The position numbers were made by a program, and so were the translations under genes. The notes under the pieces were generated by a model. That model was given only the letters and a program-made list of their open reading frames with translations. It was not told the origin of the DNA and made no database searches. Shown here piece after piece: positions 41,614 to 56,231 of a stretch of 64,000 nucleotides of DNA. This DNA comes from Octopus sinensis (taxonomy: Eukaryota). Every line of letters begins with the position of its first letter. Positions within the stretch are counted from its first letter, which is position 1. The DNA is taken from contig NC_043019.1 of assembly GCF_006345805.1 (NCBI RefSeq), positions 15,871,360 to 15,935,359 of the forward strand. Direction: 5' to 3'.

Positions 41614-41656
41614 CAGCAGCCATCACCATCACCGCCATTTTGTTCATCGCCGCCAT
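41614..41656 (-). CDS. Candidate first coding exon of the Ig-receptor gene (speculative)
   Basis: ATG GCG GCG ATG AAC AAA ATG GCG GTG ATG GTG ATG GCT GCT G|gtaact: 43 bp ending in phase 1, compatible with the 20071 acceptor. Contains a YY1-type AAAATGGCGG and lies in CpG-retaining unique sequence. The peptide is only weakly signal-like. Confidence 0.25.
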
Positions 41657-43269
41657 GACACTATTTCTCTTCGCTGGGTGGCTTGGCTTGCTAAGATTTT
41701 TGGTAGTCAGTGTATATATTTAACGCACACACATTCGCACTCACGTACTCGTATACAAACACAGAGCAATCGAAAGACTCGGCGAGTGAGAAGATGCAGT
41801 AATCCATATTAGCAAGCAACATTTTATTTATAACAAAGAGTGGAGACTCCTACTTATAAAAACAAGAGTATGTTTGAAATATCTGGACTTTACGGATATG
41901 ATAGTGATAATGATGTCAAATTTTGGCACAAGGCCAGCAATTTTAGGGAATCAGTCCATTACATCGACTCCAGTATTTGACAAGTACTTTATTTTAACGA
42001 CCCCGATAAGATGAAAGACAGTCGAACTTGTTGGAATTTGAACCCAGAACGTTAAGAACAGGAAATTCAATCATTTTATTACATCAGCTTCCAAACAACT
42101 TCAGGGAGGAACGAAAGGTTATTAAATAGGGCACAGCCTGCTACTTATTTCAGTAACTCCGGCAGGATTGAAAAAATTTTCCAAGGCAGTCAGTTCGCCA
42201 TAGCTCGGCGGCATAAGGGCACAGGCTAAAAATCTGTAAGGGAGGAATCTCGGCAATTAAGCCTAAAACTCCCTATTTCAACTATGAAAATAAAAGGACA
42301 TACTAATTTAAATACCAATTTCAATGCCTCGATTTAGGAAATAGGTACATAGTCAAGCAAATAGGTTCTTGGTCTTTATTTTATTTAACGACTCTGAGCG
42401 GGATTAGAACTCGGAATGCAAAGGACTGTAACTCAATACCGCAAGGCACATCAACAGTCGCTTTATCAACTGTTATTTCACATAAAGCCTAATAATAATT
42501 CTTTCTAAAATAGACACAAGTCCAGCAATTTTGAAGGGATGGGCGGTACATGATTACACTGATCCCAGTAATCTTATTGATGCTTTATTTTATTAACTCA
42601 AAAAAAAAAAAAAATGAAAGGCAAAGTTGACTTCTAGGATTTGAACTCAAAATATAAAGAGCTGAAAAATACTTAAGGCGTTTTTTCCAGCGATAATTGA
42701 TCACCTAAAGGACTAATATAAATTGTCCTTTCTATCATAAGGCATAAAGCCTGAAATTTTAGGGGAGAGGCTAGCCCATTACATCGACCCCAGTGTTCAA
42801 CTAGTATACCTATTTCATAGATCCTGAAAGGATGAAAGGCAAAATTACCCTCTTTTACTATAACCCTGGCCAATACTCTGAGTGTGTTTGGTAGATGAAA
42901 ACTGTGTGGAAGCCCATAGCATATGCATGCCTTTGTGTCTGTCTTTATATGTGCCGACATTGCTTTACAACTAGATTTAGTTTGCTTACATCCTGTAACT
43001 TAGTAGTTCAGTAAGACACTGATAGAATAAGTAACAAACTCGAAAAATAAAAAAAAGTAAGTAGTGGGATTGATTTATTGAGGATTCATGGCAGTATCTC
43101 CAGCATGACTACAGTTTAATGACCGAAGAAAGTAGAAAAAAGAAAAAAAAAACACCCCACAAATATTTATTGTTACCTTAACATAAATAACCATGCAAAT
43201 TAAACAAAAACATGTACTACACATGCTGATATATATATAGTGTGTGTGCGTGCATAACAGCATAAGATG

Positions 43270-43577
43270 ATTGTCACTAGGCCTAACTCAACATAAAACA
43301 AATGGACAATATCAAAGCTATAGTGAAGGCAAGTCATTGGATTTGGTTAAAAAGAAATTATGAGCAATGGCCAGAAGAATATTGAATAAAGCCTTGTAGC
43401 CAGTTGAAGCAAATGCAGCATCATTTCAGTGAAGGGGGGGATCGGTACGCAATAACACTGTCAAGAGGACGGACTCAAAATGGAATGCATTCTCTCCTGA
43501 TGATCACACAACAATCTTAGAGTCTTTTTTGAAGCTTTCAACTGGCAACACTTGTATCTGCAAGCAGTTTGCAAAAA
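43270..43577 (+). mobile_element. Second, more decayed HERO-like LINE 3' fragment
   Basis: CATTGGATTTGGTTAAAAAGAAATTATGAGCAATGGCCAGAAGAATATTGA (HWIWLKRNYEQWPEEY*), with a 3' UTR collinear to 18841-19036(-). Confidence 0.7.
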
Positions 43578-44685
43578 ATACATACATATATATACACACA
43601 CACACACATATATATGACAACCATAACACAATTAGCTTGAACAGTAAGACAAGTATAACTCCAAGTCACATTAAAAGACCCCCAGTGCAATATAAAAACT
43701 GTATTTGCAGTAATGTGCATTGGTGGAAAATCCACAGGTGACACAGATTCAGTTTTATAGATAATTACTAACAGTAAATTGCGTTGTTGACAGGAATAAT
43801 TGAATAAAACTGAATAAAACTACATGGCCTTGCTTTATAATTTAATACATAGGAAAAACATATTTACAGGGACACATTACCACAGTTAACTGAAGAACCT
43901 GCTAGTATTTCAACAAAAATATTGCGGTTTAATCAACTGAATTTCCGTGAAATTCAGAGATAGGGAAAGTAATATATATTTATAATAATACACATGCATG
44001 GCTCAGTAGTAAGAACTCTGGCGCACAAACATGAGTTAGTGAGTTTGACTTCCAGCATAAGCTGTGTGTTGTGTCCTTGTGCAAGACAGTTTATCTTATG
44101 TTGAACGAGTTTATGCAGCTGTAAAATTGAGTTACAGCATCACTGGTGCCAAACTGTTTTGGCTTTTGTCTTTCCCTTGGATAATATCAGTGGCATGGAG
44201 AGGGGAAGCTTGTATGCATGGGCAACTGCTGGTCTTCCAAAAACAACCTCGCCCAAACTTGTGCCTTGGAGGGTAACTTTCTAGATGCAATCTCATGATT
44301 ATTCATGTCCAAAAGAGGCCTTTTCACCACCACCACCCTTTTTTTTTTTTTTTACAAATTTGTATCACACAAATATATATATATATACATGTCTTGATTG
44401 CTCCATCTTCACAGATGATTGCCATTTCCTTGTGCTTCCTCAATAGCATTTCTGACTTTCCATCAATGACCTCCCCTCATTTGACTATTCAGATCTGCAT
44501 GGTTTGAAGCAAAGGTTGACAAATGAAAGTTGTAATTTCCTACATTCCCAACTAGTTGGGTCTGCACGTGTCACTCTTCTCTTGATAGAGATCTTTCAGT
44601 AGACAGAATAATAAATGCCATTAGGTACTAATCAGAAACCCAGAGAATGGTACTTGTGTTTGTCACAATATACACACACATATAT

Positions 44686-44726
<41 letters not shown>

Positions 44727-45695
44727 TACATACATGGAATCTGTTGAGACAGATTTTCCACAGCTGAATACCCATTCTGTCACCAACCACTGCTTGTTTC
44801 CAAGTAAGGTACTTTACTGTATTCCTCGTAGCTAGACGTGTTTTCCATGGAAATGCACAACGCCACTTGTACAATGATGATGCTCATTTACAACAATGAT
44901 TTGATGTCAAAACAAGGAGACACCTACTTTATATATATATATATAGCCTAGCAAATTCACTCACAAAGCTTCGGTTGGGCTGGAGCTATATAAGATACTT
45001 GCTCAAGGTGCCATGTAGTAGGACTGAACCTGGAACCAAATGGTTGGAAAGCAAGCTTCTTAACTAAACAGTCACACTTGTACCTAATGTAGAAAATAAA
45101 TATATACAGAAACTGGAATGGAGTGACTGAAGAACTATTGATGGATGAACATCAGATGTCTAAGAGAAAGAGGTTTACACCATTTCTTTCTTTGTTACTA
45201 TATTTCTGTTGAAATACTACACTGTCTTGGTTTCAATTAATTTTTAAAATAACGAAGAATTTAAAGCAGCAACATTGTTGTTATTAAGCCAGCATTTGGT
45301 ACATAAATTAAACATGAAATTTTGATGGAAGGTTCTTGAAAACAGCCAGGGTCTATCTTAGGCAGGTTGGTATGAAAAGGGTCAAAATAACTGTCATTTT
45401 TAAGCTGGTGTTTGGAAGTTAAATTAGCATGAAACTTTGATAGGTTTTACTTCCTGTACTTACTTGTGTATTAGTTGCAATCCTAATTTAGCATTACATC
45501 CTAGTCCAAATTTTCTCCCCTTCATATTCAAACTTGATAAGCTTTACCCAGTGTATATAAGTTGCACACCAGTTTTTTCAATTAAAACCAAGTATAAAAT
45601 TGTGCAACTTATGAGTAGTTATAATTTTAAAACAGGAAGTGTGTATGATAAAAGCACGTAGTCTCAGGCAGTTTGGTAGCAAAAAGGTTAAATGA

Positions 45696-46200
45696 GTGAT
45701 TCTCAACCTTTTTTTTTTTTGCCTATAGACTCCCTTTGATTCCTATTTTACTCTACTGGACCTTCAAAGCCATTCAATGTACATTAACAAAAAAAATTTA
45801 ATATTTTTAGGGATGGTATAAAAGAATTAAAATATTTTGTATTCCAGTTGATCTGATCAATAGAACAGCCTATTCGCGAAATTAGCGTTCATGTGGCTGA
45901 GTACTCCACAGGCATGTGTACTCTAAATGTAGTTTCGGGGAGATTCAGCGTGATACAAAGCTGGCCCTTTGAAATACAGGTACTATTCATATTTGCCAAC
46001 TGAGTGAACTGGAGCAACATGAAATAAAGTGTCTTGCTCAAGGAAACAATGCATCACTGAGAATTGAACTCACAATCATACGATTGTGAGTCAAATACCC
46101 TAACCACTAAGCCATGCGCCCCCACAATATTTCATGTACTGGAAAAGTATAAGTTATTGCACAAATTTATATGACAGAATCTTACATGGACCCTGGCTTA
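45696..46200. mobile_element. hAT MITE with a nested family C SINE (45842-46125, minus)
   Basis: Terminus GAGTGATTCTCAACC; the body matches 20356-20588 and resumes after the SINE (aatatttcatgtact..atggaccctgg). Confidence 0.65.
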
Positions 46201-47390
46201 AATGAATTAAGATATAATAAACAAGACTTTCTGAATGGATCTACCTGTATTCAATGCTGGGGATTAAGAGTAAGGAAAGTTAATTTATTAATATTGATAA
46301 TATTTTTGTAGCTTGTAGTGGTAACCAGTTATGTATGGCAGTTTTATGACATGAACAAGAGTTAGCTGGTTGTAGTTATAAAAGTGAAAAGAAGGAATTA
46401 AGTACTGGTGGAGATTAGTGAGAGTAAAAAGGTAAAACAAGATAAGTCATGTATTACTAATGCCTTAAATAGGTGCTTACAATTGAAATACACAGTATTA
46501 TAGCTGGATTGGAAAATATAAGGCAGTAAGGAGGGATTTAGTGAGAAAGTTGAATAGAAGTAAAGCTGTACAAGAAAATATTTGAAGTATGCATAAATGT
46601 GTGTAAGTAAAAGAAGAAAAAAGTATCTAAGACAACATTAAAAGGGGACACGTGAGCCATGGGAATATATATATATATACATATAATATGAAGCATACAT
46701 AGAAGATGAATGTAATATCATGAGGATTATATAATACTGAATACATGGACTCATGGTCGAGGGACGTGGGTTCGAATCTCAGACCGGCTGAAGTGTGTGC
46801 TTATAAGTGAAACACCTAAACTCTACACAGCTCCAGCCGAAGATAATAGCCAACTTCTGCTGACTCTTTCACCACAATTTTCTCTCACTCTTTCCTCCTG
46901 CTTCTAGCAGCTCACCTTTAATAGACCAGTGTCCTGTCCAGGTGGGAAGCCTATACGCCAATGAAATCGGCAAACTGGCTCTTATGAGCCAGGCATGGCT
47001 TGAGAAGGAACAAACAGCAAAACAACAATCGCTATTGATAACAAATATAAACTTTACAAAGAATATACTTATACTTGGGAAGAAGACATAAGTATATTCT
47101 TTACAAATTTAGTCACTTTCATCTTTATCTGGTTTCTGATAATACAGACGTGTGCAGGCATGTGCATGTCTGTGTACGTAAACACACACACACACACACC
47201 ATCGTCAAGGCCAAGGAAGGCTGAAGTCACATATCTGGGAGTCCTGGCAACATGGATGGCGATGAATGCCTCCCTCTAGCAGCATAAACAAGAATGCTTG
47301 TATGTACTGCAAAACCATACGAGAGATCTGGTTATGGTAAATATTGCAGTATTGTGTGTGTTCTAACACAACATCCACGAGGTGATAAAT

Positions 47391-47431
<41 letters not shown>

Positions 47432-48545
47432 GGTGCTGTTGGTTTGTGATCTTCCACAAAAACATATCCAAAAGTGAAGGCTGACAACAGGAAGAGCAGC
47501 TGGCAATAGAAAATCAGAGTAGACCTATATATATCTTTTGTTTCAACCATTAGACTGCAGTCGTGTTGGGACACCACCCTGAAGGAACAACTGTTAGTCA
47601 AATTAATCAACCCCAGTACTTTTGTCTTTTAAAGCCTGGTACTTATTCTATAGGTCTCTTTTGCTCAAATGCTAAGTTACGGGAATGTAAATACACCAAC
47701 ATCCGTTGTCAAGTGGTGCTGGACATACAGACACATCCACATAATTATATATACAAGAGGCTTCAGTTTCCATCTACCAAATCCACTCATAGGACTTTGG
47801 TCAGCCGAAGGGTTATAGCAGAATTCACTTGCCGAAGATACCATGCAGTGGGACTGAACCTAGAACCATATTGTTGGGAAGCAAGCTTCTGGCTACACAG
47901 CTACACCTGCACCTATATATATTTCCAGCAAATTGGCCCAGCTCTTAGACTGCTCAACACATACCTAGTTGCATTTGTTTTCATTCCTTTCACTGAGTCT
48001 AAAAGTAGCTGAAGTCAAATTTGCTTTTAATCCTTTCAGAGTTGATGAAATAAAGCCCAAAGCATTGAAACTGGCAGTAGCGTTCAAATAAGAAGAGATA
48101 CCTCTCAGTGCATGTTCCAGCTCTTTGCATTCTAAGTTCTTGGGTGGTAGACTTTATCTGTCGCTTTGTTTAATGTCACCCCTTGATCCAGGACGAAGGT
48201 GAAAGGGGAGAGAGAGCTCTGTGCAGAGTTCACTTTGTTGGAAGAAATTGAGTCAGTTCTCCTTCAATTTAAAGGATAACTCGCCCTTTCTTCCACCCAC
48301 CTGCTCCAGTTGTCATGTGAACTGCTTCCATGCTGGAAGACACATCCATTCACGCCAGCATAGAGAAACACATGTAAAAAAAATTATACACACACTCATA
48401 CGTACATACACAGATATAAACAACAGAGCTGAGAGAAAATAGACATAGGGTCTCACATATGTAATATAGGGAGTTGTAAACCTTTGAATTAACCGAGATT
48501 ACGTCTACAATCAGTGGCAAAAGAAATCCTCTGCGCACTTAAAAT

Positions 48546-48583
<38 letters not shown>

Positions 48584-49377
48584 TATATATATATAAACAA
48601 GGGAAGTAACTCTAATAATGTCAACATGGTGAATATTTTTAATATGTATTGTGAGTGTATATAAACGTGATTTTTCATTTTACGTTTGACACAATTTAGT
48701 GTACACGAGCGCACGCACACATACATACACACACGTAATGTGTGTGAGAGAGGGAGAGACTATGAAGTTCATTTAATTATGGAGCTACATGTACACACAC
48801 TTCGCAAGTGTTCTTAGTACTTTTATACTCCCACATATAAAACCACAACACACACATATACACACATCGTGTTCTTAACGCCTCTTTCAGTACAAACGCA
48901 CTAACACAAGTGCTCTCTCTATCTGAAAGTGTAGAGTGAGTGAGCAAGTATATAGGTCATTAAATATATACACATGCACATTGTATATATAAATAAATAT
49001 ATATAATGTAAGGAATATGTGCAGTATTTTTTGGGGTTTTTTAAAAATTTCGTTTAACCACAACTAAAGCCTTGTTGTGATACTATCTATCGATCTATCT
49101 CTATGATATTCAAGAAAACTTGTAACCACTGCTGAAGTAAGCTCCAATGCTGCTGTTGCTACTGCTTCTTCTGCCATTTAATAACTAATCCACCACCACC
49201 AAAAACAGAAAGAAAAAAAAACCAGTAAGGTGTGAGTTAAGGGTACGTTTGGTTGTTATTTCTGGCAAGTCGAGCAATTAGAGAGAAGCTTTTCCGCTTG
49301 TTCACTAAGCTCGGTTCGTAAATTAAACTGCGTTAATTACATATTCCCAAAACACACACACACACACACAAATATAA

Positions 49378-49762
49378 GGCGCAACCGTGGCTATATAGTA
49401 AGATACTTGCTTCTCAGCCACACGGATCCGGGTTCAGTTCCACTGCGTGAAACCTGCATGTTTTCTACAATAGCCTCAGGCTGACTAAAGCCTGGAGTGG
49501 ATTTGGTAGACGGAAACTTAAAGAGGCCCGTCGTATATGTATGTATATATATATATATATGTGCGTGTGTCTTTCTGTTTGTGCTTGTTCCCCACCACTG
49601 CTTGACAACCAGTGTTAGTGTGTTTGCATCCCCGTAACTTAGAAGAGACTGATAGAATAAGTACCAGGCTTAAAAGGTAAGTACTGAGGTCGATCCATTC
49701 GACTAAAAATTCAAAGTGTGCCCCAGCATGGCCGCAACCTAATGACTGAAACAAGTAAAGAT
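49378..49762 (+). mobile_element. tRNA-derived SINE, family A (full length, CpG-retaining)
   Basis: GGCGCAACCGTGGCTATATAGTAAG head, CCGGGTTCAGTTCC B-box, internal TA/TG microsatellite and tail CCCCAGCATGGCCGCAACCTAATGACTGAAACAAGTAAA. Confidence 0.85.
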
Positions 49763-52090
49763 AACACACATATAGTCACATTCTTAGATACAAAGTGACC
49801 ACCACCTAAGACATCGATGAGTCAGGAAGCCTGTGCGTGGTAGCTCAACTAGAAATAACCCCTTAAATTACACCCTTCAACCTTTTAACAGACAAAGTGG
49901 GCAGAATTGGAACGTCTGATCAACGGTCCTCTCGATAGCAGTCAAATAAAACGATCCACACAATCACACCTAGAGTCTTCTGAAGCTTTGGAAGATGGGA
50001 TGGTCATATGCTGGAAAGTCTTTGATCAAAGGTCAGCTGGATCAGGAGTGAGTTGAGGCCAAGGAACAACATTACTACTGCTATTAACATAAGACAACGC
50101 GTTGGCGGAATCGTTAGAGCGTCGGGGAAAAATATTTAGCGACGTTTATCGAAGGTCATCGAATCCGCCTTCCGTCCTTCCTGGATCGGCAAGATGTAAT
50201 ACCTGTCAAGTACTGAATCGGATGTATCCGAATAAGCCCTCCTCTCAAAAATTGCTGGCCTTGTGCTTAAATTAGAAACCATATACTATACTGACTTGAT
50301 TACAACGAACTTTTTAATGCAGAATCCCTGCAATTTTAAGGGGTGGGGTTAGTCGGCATTATTGACGCCAGTACTTGACTGATATTTCAATTTAACGACC
50401 TTGAAAGGATGAAAGGACTCAGCCAGGATTTGAACTCAAAGCATTAAGAGTTAGAAAAAAAACATTTTGTCCGACACGCGAACTGTTCCGCTAACATGCC
50501 ACCTTAATGATAATTGCTTCTTACATAAGAGCAAGGCCTGAAATTTTAGCCGTAGAAGGGAGAGAGTGAATAGTCAATAACTTCGACACCATCAGTTGAT
50601 TGGTTGATAAGGATGTTAAAGATTCTGCTATTCTACGGCCTTTAATAATAATAAAAAGAGGATTAGTTTATTACATCGACCTCAGTGCTCGACTAGAATT
50701 TAATTTATCGACCCCGAAAGGATAAACAGGCAAAGTCGATCTTTGAACTCAGAACGGGAAAACAGAAGAGCGACAGACGAAGCATAAAAACCAACTCAAC
50801 GAGACATCCCAAACAGGGAAACGCACATAACTACCCAGGGTTGCGATCGAAGAATCGCGCAGATCCTAGATAATAGTAATGGCGCCTTAGCTGATCGATT
50901 ACCCGGGTCTCCATGGTTGTAAGTGACTGAAATCTCATCGTTCCTCTTGAATAGGACGGTGGTCCGTCGCTGGGTTAACCTCCCATCTATTGCTGGAAGT
51001 CATTTGCAGCAACGTGGAACGAAAAAGTGTTGCTCGGGGACACAACGCACCGTCCGATCCAAGAAGCAAAAACATGATCTAATAACCCGAGGCGCGCAAA
51101 CACTATCCACTCGATCATCAGCCTTTCAACAATGGCAACGAGGTCATAAACGGACAGAGGCAACATTTGACAGGTACGTACTTCATCGGCTCCATTCACT
51201 CCTACCTCCAAAAGGATGAAAACCGAAGTTGACTCCGATGGAATTCGAATTCGAAACAAGAGAGAGGGAAGGAGGGGAGAGAGAGAGAAAGAGAGGTTTT
51301 TTATTATCTGCTACAACCACCTTTGCCATGCAAGAAATTTGGTAGGAGAGGATGAGGATAGTCATTCAAACTAGGCCTCAGTACATGACTGTTACTGCAT
51401 TTTTATTGCCTCCTAAACGAAAGGAATGAAAGCTGAAGTTTAACTACGTATTCCGAACTGCTAAGTTTACAGGAACATAAACAACCCAACGCCAGTTGTC
51501 GCCCGATGGGGGCGAAAAACACAACCACAATGATAGATACGCATACAGTGTTCGCCAACCAAATTCACACACTAGACGTTGGTTGGTCCCGGAGCTATAG
51601 AAGACACTCGCCCAAGGTGCCGTGCAAGAAGGTGGGGGGACTGAACTCGAAGAAACCACGTGGATGCAAAGAGATCTTCACCACACAGCCATGCCTGCAT
51701 CAGAGAGAGAGAGACTTAGACGAGTACATCGACCCAGTTCTTGACAAGTACTCTATTTGTCGATCTCGAAGAGACGAAAGATAAAATCTGACTTCAAACC
51801 AGAGTTGAACTTAGAACGTAGAGGATCCAATTTTCCGACACTAACTACTCTGACAATCCACCACCTCAATAATAATAATAATTAAAAATTTCTAGTTGAC
51901 GACCCCAGAGAGGCGGATGAAAAGTAAAAGTGACCTCGGTAGGATTTGAACTCGGAACCCAACCGAGCTGGAACAAATACCGCAAGGCATTTATTGTTCT
52001 GCGCTTTAACGACTCTACCTATCCACCATCATAGATAGCAGTAGTAAAAACCAGCAAAATTTACTTCCTTAGTCGTACTTCATGGAGTGT

Positions 52091-52131
<41 letters not shown>

Positions 52132-52225
52132 ACAGTCAAAATCTTTTTATTTTTTATCCTGTTTAAACCAGGACACTTAAAGGAATAGTAAAAATCTTCA
52201 GTTATTGTTCTACTTTGTGTGTGTA

Positions 52226-52292
<67 letters not shown>

Positions 52293-55200
52293 CGTGTGTG
52301 TATGTGTGAGAGCGTGTGTTCGTTGACATTCAAACAAAATGTTTGTTTTTCCAATTTCCGCAGCTAAAGTACAAACCACCTAGCGTAAGTACATGTGTGT
52401 GTAGGTAAATGTACATGTGGGTACATGTACGTGTATACGTTGGGTAAATGCGTGTGTGTGTGTGTATCTGACTGCTGTAAACAACAATAGCATAACAAGT
52501 GCTTTAGGTTTAAAGCACCACTAACTGCTAGCCTTGCACGTGGCTTCATATAAATATACACAGCGCACAAACACACACACGTATACATACATACACGTAT
52601 ATACATATACGTATACACAAACAGCAGAAATTACTTGTGATATTAGTGGAGCAAAAGAGGACGGTCATGGAAGTTTTAGTTACGTATTTAGTAGTAGTAG
52701 TAGTAATAGTGAGAGTGGTGGTGGTGATAGTAGTAGTAATAGTAGTAGTTGGCAAGTGTCCAAGTGGTTTAGTTGGCCATTAACCAACCTTAAAATAAAA
52801 GAACGAAACAAAATACTAATGATGATGATGGTGATGATGATCCTGATCATGACGACAACGGTGGTGATAAAAACCAAAACAATCTACACCACCACCATCT
52901 CCTCCGCCTCCTCCTTCTCCGGTAGGTGTGCTGGTGTGTGTGTGTGGTGTAGTTTAGTGATGTGTAATAGTATAGTACTGTGCTGTTGTGTGTGTGTGGT
53001 ATAAACTTAATTGAGTGCAACGTAATAACCAGAAAAATTTCTAACATTAGCACAAGGCCACACATGGTGGAGTGAGGGAGAGATTTGAGAGGAGAATGGG
53101 GCGGAGACGGTAGAGACGGTTACATTTTACTCCTCAGGATGGCTCTATCTGGTCGGTTACTAGACCTACTAGAAACAACAGCCACATCATCAGCCTCACC
53201 ACTACCACCATCATCGTTATTGTTTAACGTCCACCTTTTCATGCCTGCAAGGGTGAGACGGAATTTGTTGAGGCAGATTTTCTACGGCCGGATACCCCAC
53301 ATGTCCTCAGGCGAAGTAATAAGAATTATTTCCCCATACTAGACATGTTCACAGAAGAGTGGAACGAACAACATAACTGTGTGGTGGTGAAACTCGTTTA
53401 CAACCATCACGTGATATCAAGACAAGAGTACAGACACACACACACACGACAGACTTCTACTAGTGGCCATCTACCAAATCCACCAACAAAGCTTTGGTTG
53501 GCTTGGGTTATTGAAGACACTTGTCCAAGGTACCATGCAGTGGGATTGAACCAGGACAGCTTTGATGCCAGGTGTGCGCATGCTTGATTAAGGATGGCCC
53601 ATGACTAAACAACAACAACAACAGGTACTAATTTTATTGACCACAATGGGATTTGAACCTACAACTGGGTAACTAAATTCCACTAGACATTAATGTTCTA
53701 CCTTCTTTAGAAACTACACCACTTTGATTGCAATGGCACAGATAAGAGGTTTACAGTTTCAGTACAGGGTGCCATTATTATTATCATCCTCATTTAGTGT
53801 CAATAATCTATGCTGGCATAGGTTGGATGGTTCAACAAGATCCGGCAGGCCACAGGACCCTGCCAATCTCCAATGTCTGTTTTGGCATGGTTTCTATGGT
53901 TGGATGCCAACTGAACCTATTCACAAATAACTGATGCATAATGCTTTTATCAACCCTAACAGATAACAGGTAAGAGTGATCTAAACGAGATTTGGATTCA
54001 AATCTGTAGAATATTACATGGCATCGCTAAGCAAAAACGAAGAAGTTGGCAGGAATGGTGAGGGTTTATAAACGCCCAAATGATGAAAACATGGATAGCT
54101 ACTTGTGTATGGGCACATATCTAAACACTTGCTTCTGTATGCATTTGTGTGTTTATACACACACACACAGCTCAGTATGTCAGTATATGAACGTGCCTGA
54201 AAAGTGTTGATGTCAACTTGAAGCATGCGAGTAATGGCCTCAGTATTAATAGCAGCTCAGGATTTTATTAAAGTGCTCTTCTCATCTCTTGAGGATTGCA
54301 TTTTTGTCAATGAGGGTGGACCTATCAGAACTAAGCAGGGGTGATGTTCTGGAAGACTGTGGCTTATACATGGCTTTCAGCATACTTCTGTATCTCATCC
54401 GCCTTATTCCTGAACCAGGAATCCTTCATCTCTTAGAGCTTTACACACACACAGACTGATGATGAAGGCCAGCAGACTAAAGTTACTAGCCTTCGTCAAT
54501 CACTGTGACCGTTTCTTGTAAAAAGTTTAATAAACATGTACTCTACTAAAAAGTATTGAGCAATCCTTCAGTTTAACATTTGTTTTTATATAGAACTTGA
54601 TTTCCCCACGGCCAGATATGTTTGCACAGATTAGAAACTAAGACCAGAAACACACATGCTTATTTAGCATATTTGTTTCAATCATTCATCAGCAGCCATG
54701 CCAAAACACATTGCTTTCTTGTGGTTGTTTGAATGTTTATGATGACTGCATCACCCTTTGTATATCTGTTGGTAACTGTACGTCCTAATCCAAGATGTGG
54801 TGCAGCTTTGGGACATGTAAATATTGGAGAAGGGGTCAGATATTACTCCACAGGTGACTATGTGGTCAAAAAGCTTGCTTCTTAATCATACTGCTCTTGG
54901 GTTCAGTCTCACTGCATAACACTTTGGGCAAGTGTTATGTTTTAGCCCTGGGTCAAGCAAAACCTTGTGAATAGATTTCATATATGGAAACTGAAAGAAC
55001 CATGTCGTGTATGTGTGCACATGTGCATTTATGTGTACCTGTGTTTTGTCATCATATGTTGGTAAACGAGCATTACCATCATACAAGTGATGTTTGTTTC
55101 CAGTGTTCTGTGAGAAACATGTCTGGCTTTGATGAAATATAACCTGGCTCGGAAATAGGTATGGGATGGTAATGGGAAAGTCAACCAGCTGTAAAAAATC

Positions 55201-56012
55201 TGCCTCGACAAATTCCATAAGCCATGCAAGCATGGAGAAGTGGACACTAGGTGATGATGTGTCCAGTTTTTCTGAAATGGATGACACTGAAACTCAAAAA
55301 GCATAACATCAAGACAAGGAGATAAAGCATTCACATACATAATGGGCTTCTTGCAGTTTCCATTCACCAAATCTATTCACAAACCTTAGGTGGCCAGTAA
55401 AATTAAATTAAAAAAAAAAAAAACTTCAATCAGGAAGTGAGATACATCCACTGAAATAATAAGTCTTTCGCTAACTAAATAAATGTTTCTGATTCAGGCA
55501 CAAGGCCAGCAATTTCAAGGGAAGTGAGTTAGTAACATCGACAACAGTACTAAACAGGTACTTTATTTTATCGGCCCTACTGATCCTGGAAGGCCGAAAG
55601 GTAAAAGTTGACTTCAGCCACATTTGAACAGGGAATGTAATGACCCAGAAGAATAACTGCAAGACATTTCTTCTGATGCCCTAATGAATTTGTTGCTTGC
55701 AACCCTATCTCTTTTAAATAATGGAATAGAAAAGCTTATATGTTGAAGGTACAGTGACTATTACAATTGTATGACTTTCATATGATCAACTTTTGAAATA
55801 ATCAGGGTCCATGTAGGATCCTGATGTTACAATTTATGTACAATACTAAACTGCACAAAATATTTTAATTTTTTATACAATATATCAAAAAATTTAATCC
55901 TAAAAATATAATAGGATTTTTTAAACATCAAGTGGCTACAAGGATCCACTCAAGTAAAATAGGAATTGAAAGGGGTCCATAGGTGGAAAACGGGTGAGAA
56001 ACACTGGTTTAA

Positions 56013-56231
56013 CCCTTTAGTATTTAAACCGGCCATATCCGGCCAAAATAGCAAATCTGTTTTATGTTCAAACTGACCAGATCCAGGCTCTCACACCTAC
56101 CCTACAATGTTATTCTACATTAGGTAATTACACCATCAAGATCTTGAAGATATGAGATAATGCATGATTAATTCAAATCAATGGGAATCAATAGGCATTA
56201 TGTTTGATTCAATAATCTGAACACTAAAGGG
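56013..56231. mobile_element. piggyBac-type MITE, family 1 (intact, 219 bp)
   Basis: TTAA|CCCTTTAGT ... ACTAAAGGG|TTAA: inverted termini with a TTAA target duplication. It lies next to a hAT MITE end (GGTGAGAAACACTG at ~55993-56006). Confidence 0.9.

Noticed and set aside
47563-48012. 149-aa ORF, and similar ORFs at 35418, 54886 and 58138
   Set aside because: Read-through of family A SINE sequence.
54450-54510. cacagaCTGATGAtgaaggc...gccttcgtcaatcactgtg hairpin, considered as a hammerhead or SECIS
   Set aside because: Lacks GAAA and helix III for a hammerhead, and lacks the 3' GA of the SECIS quartet.
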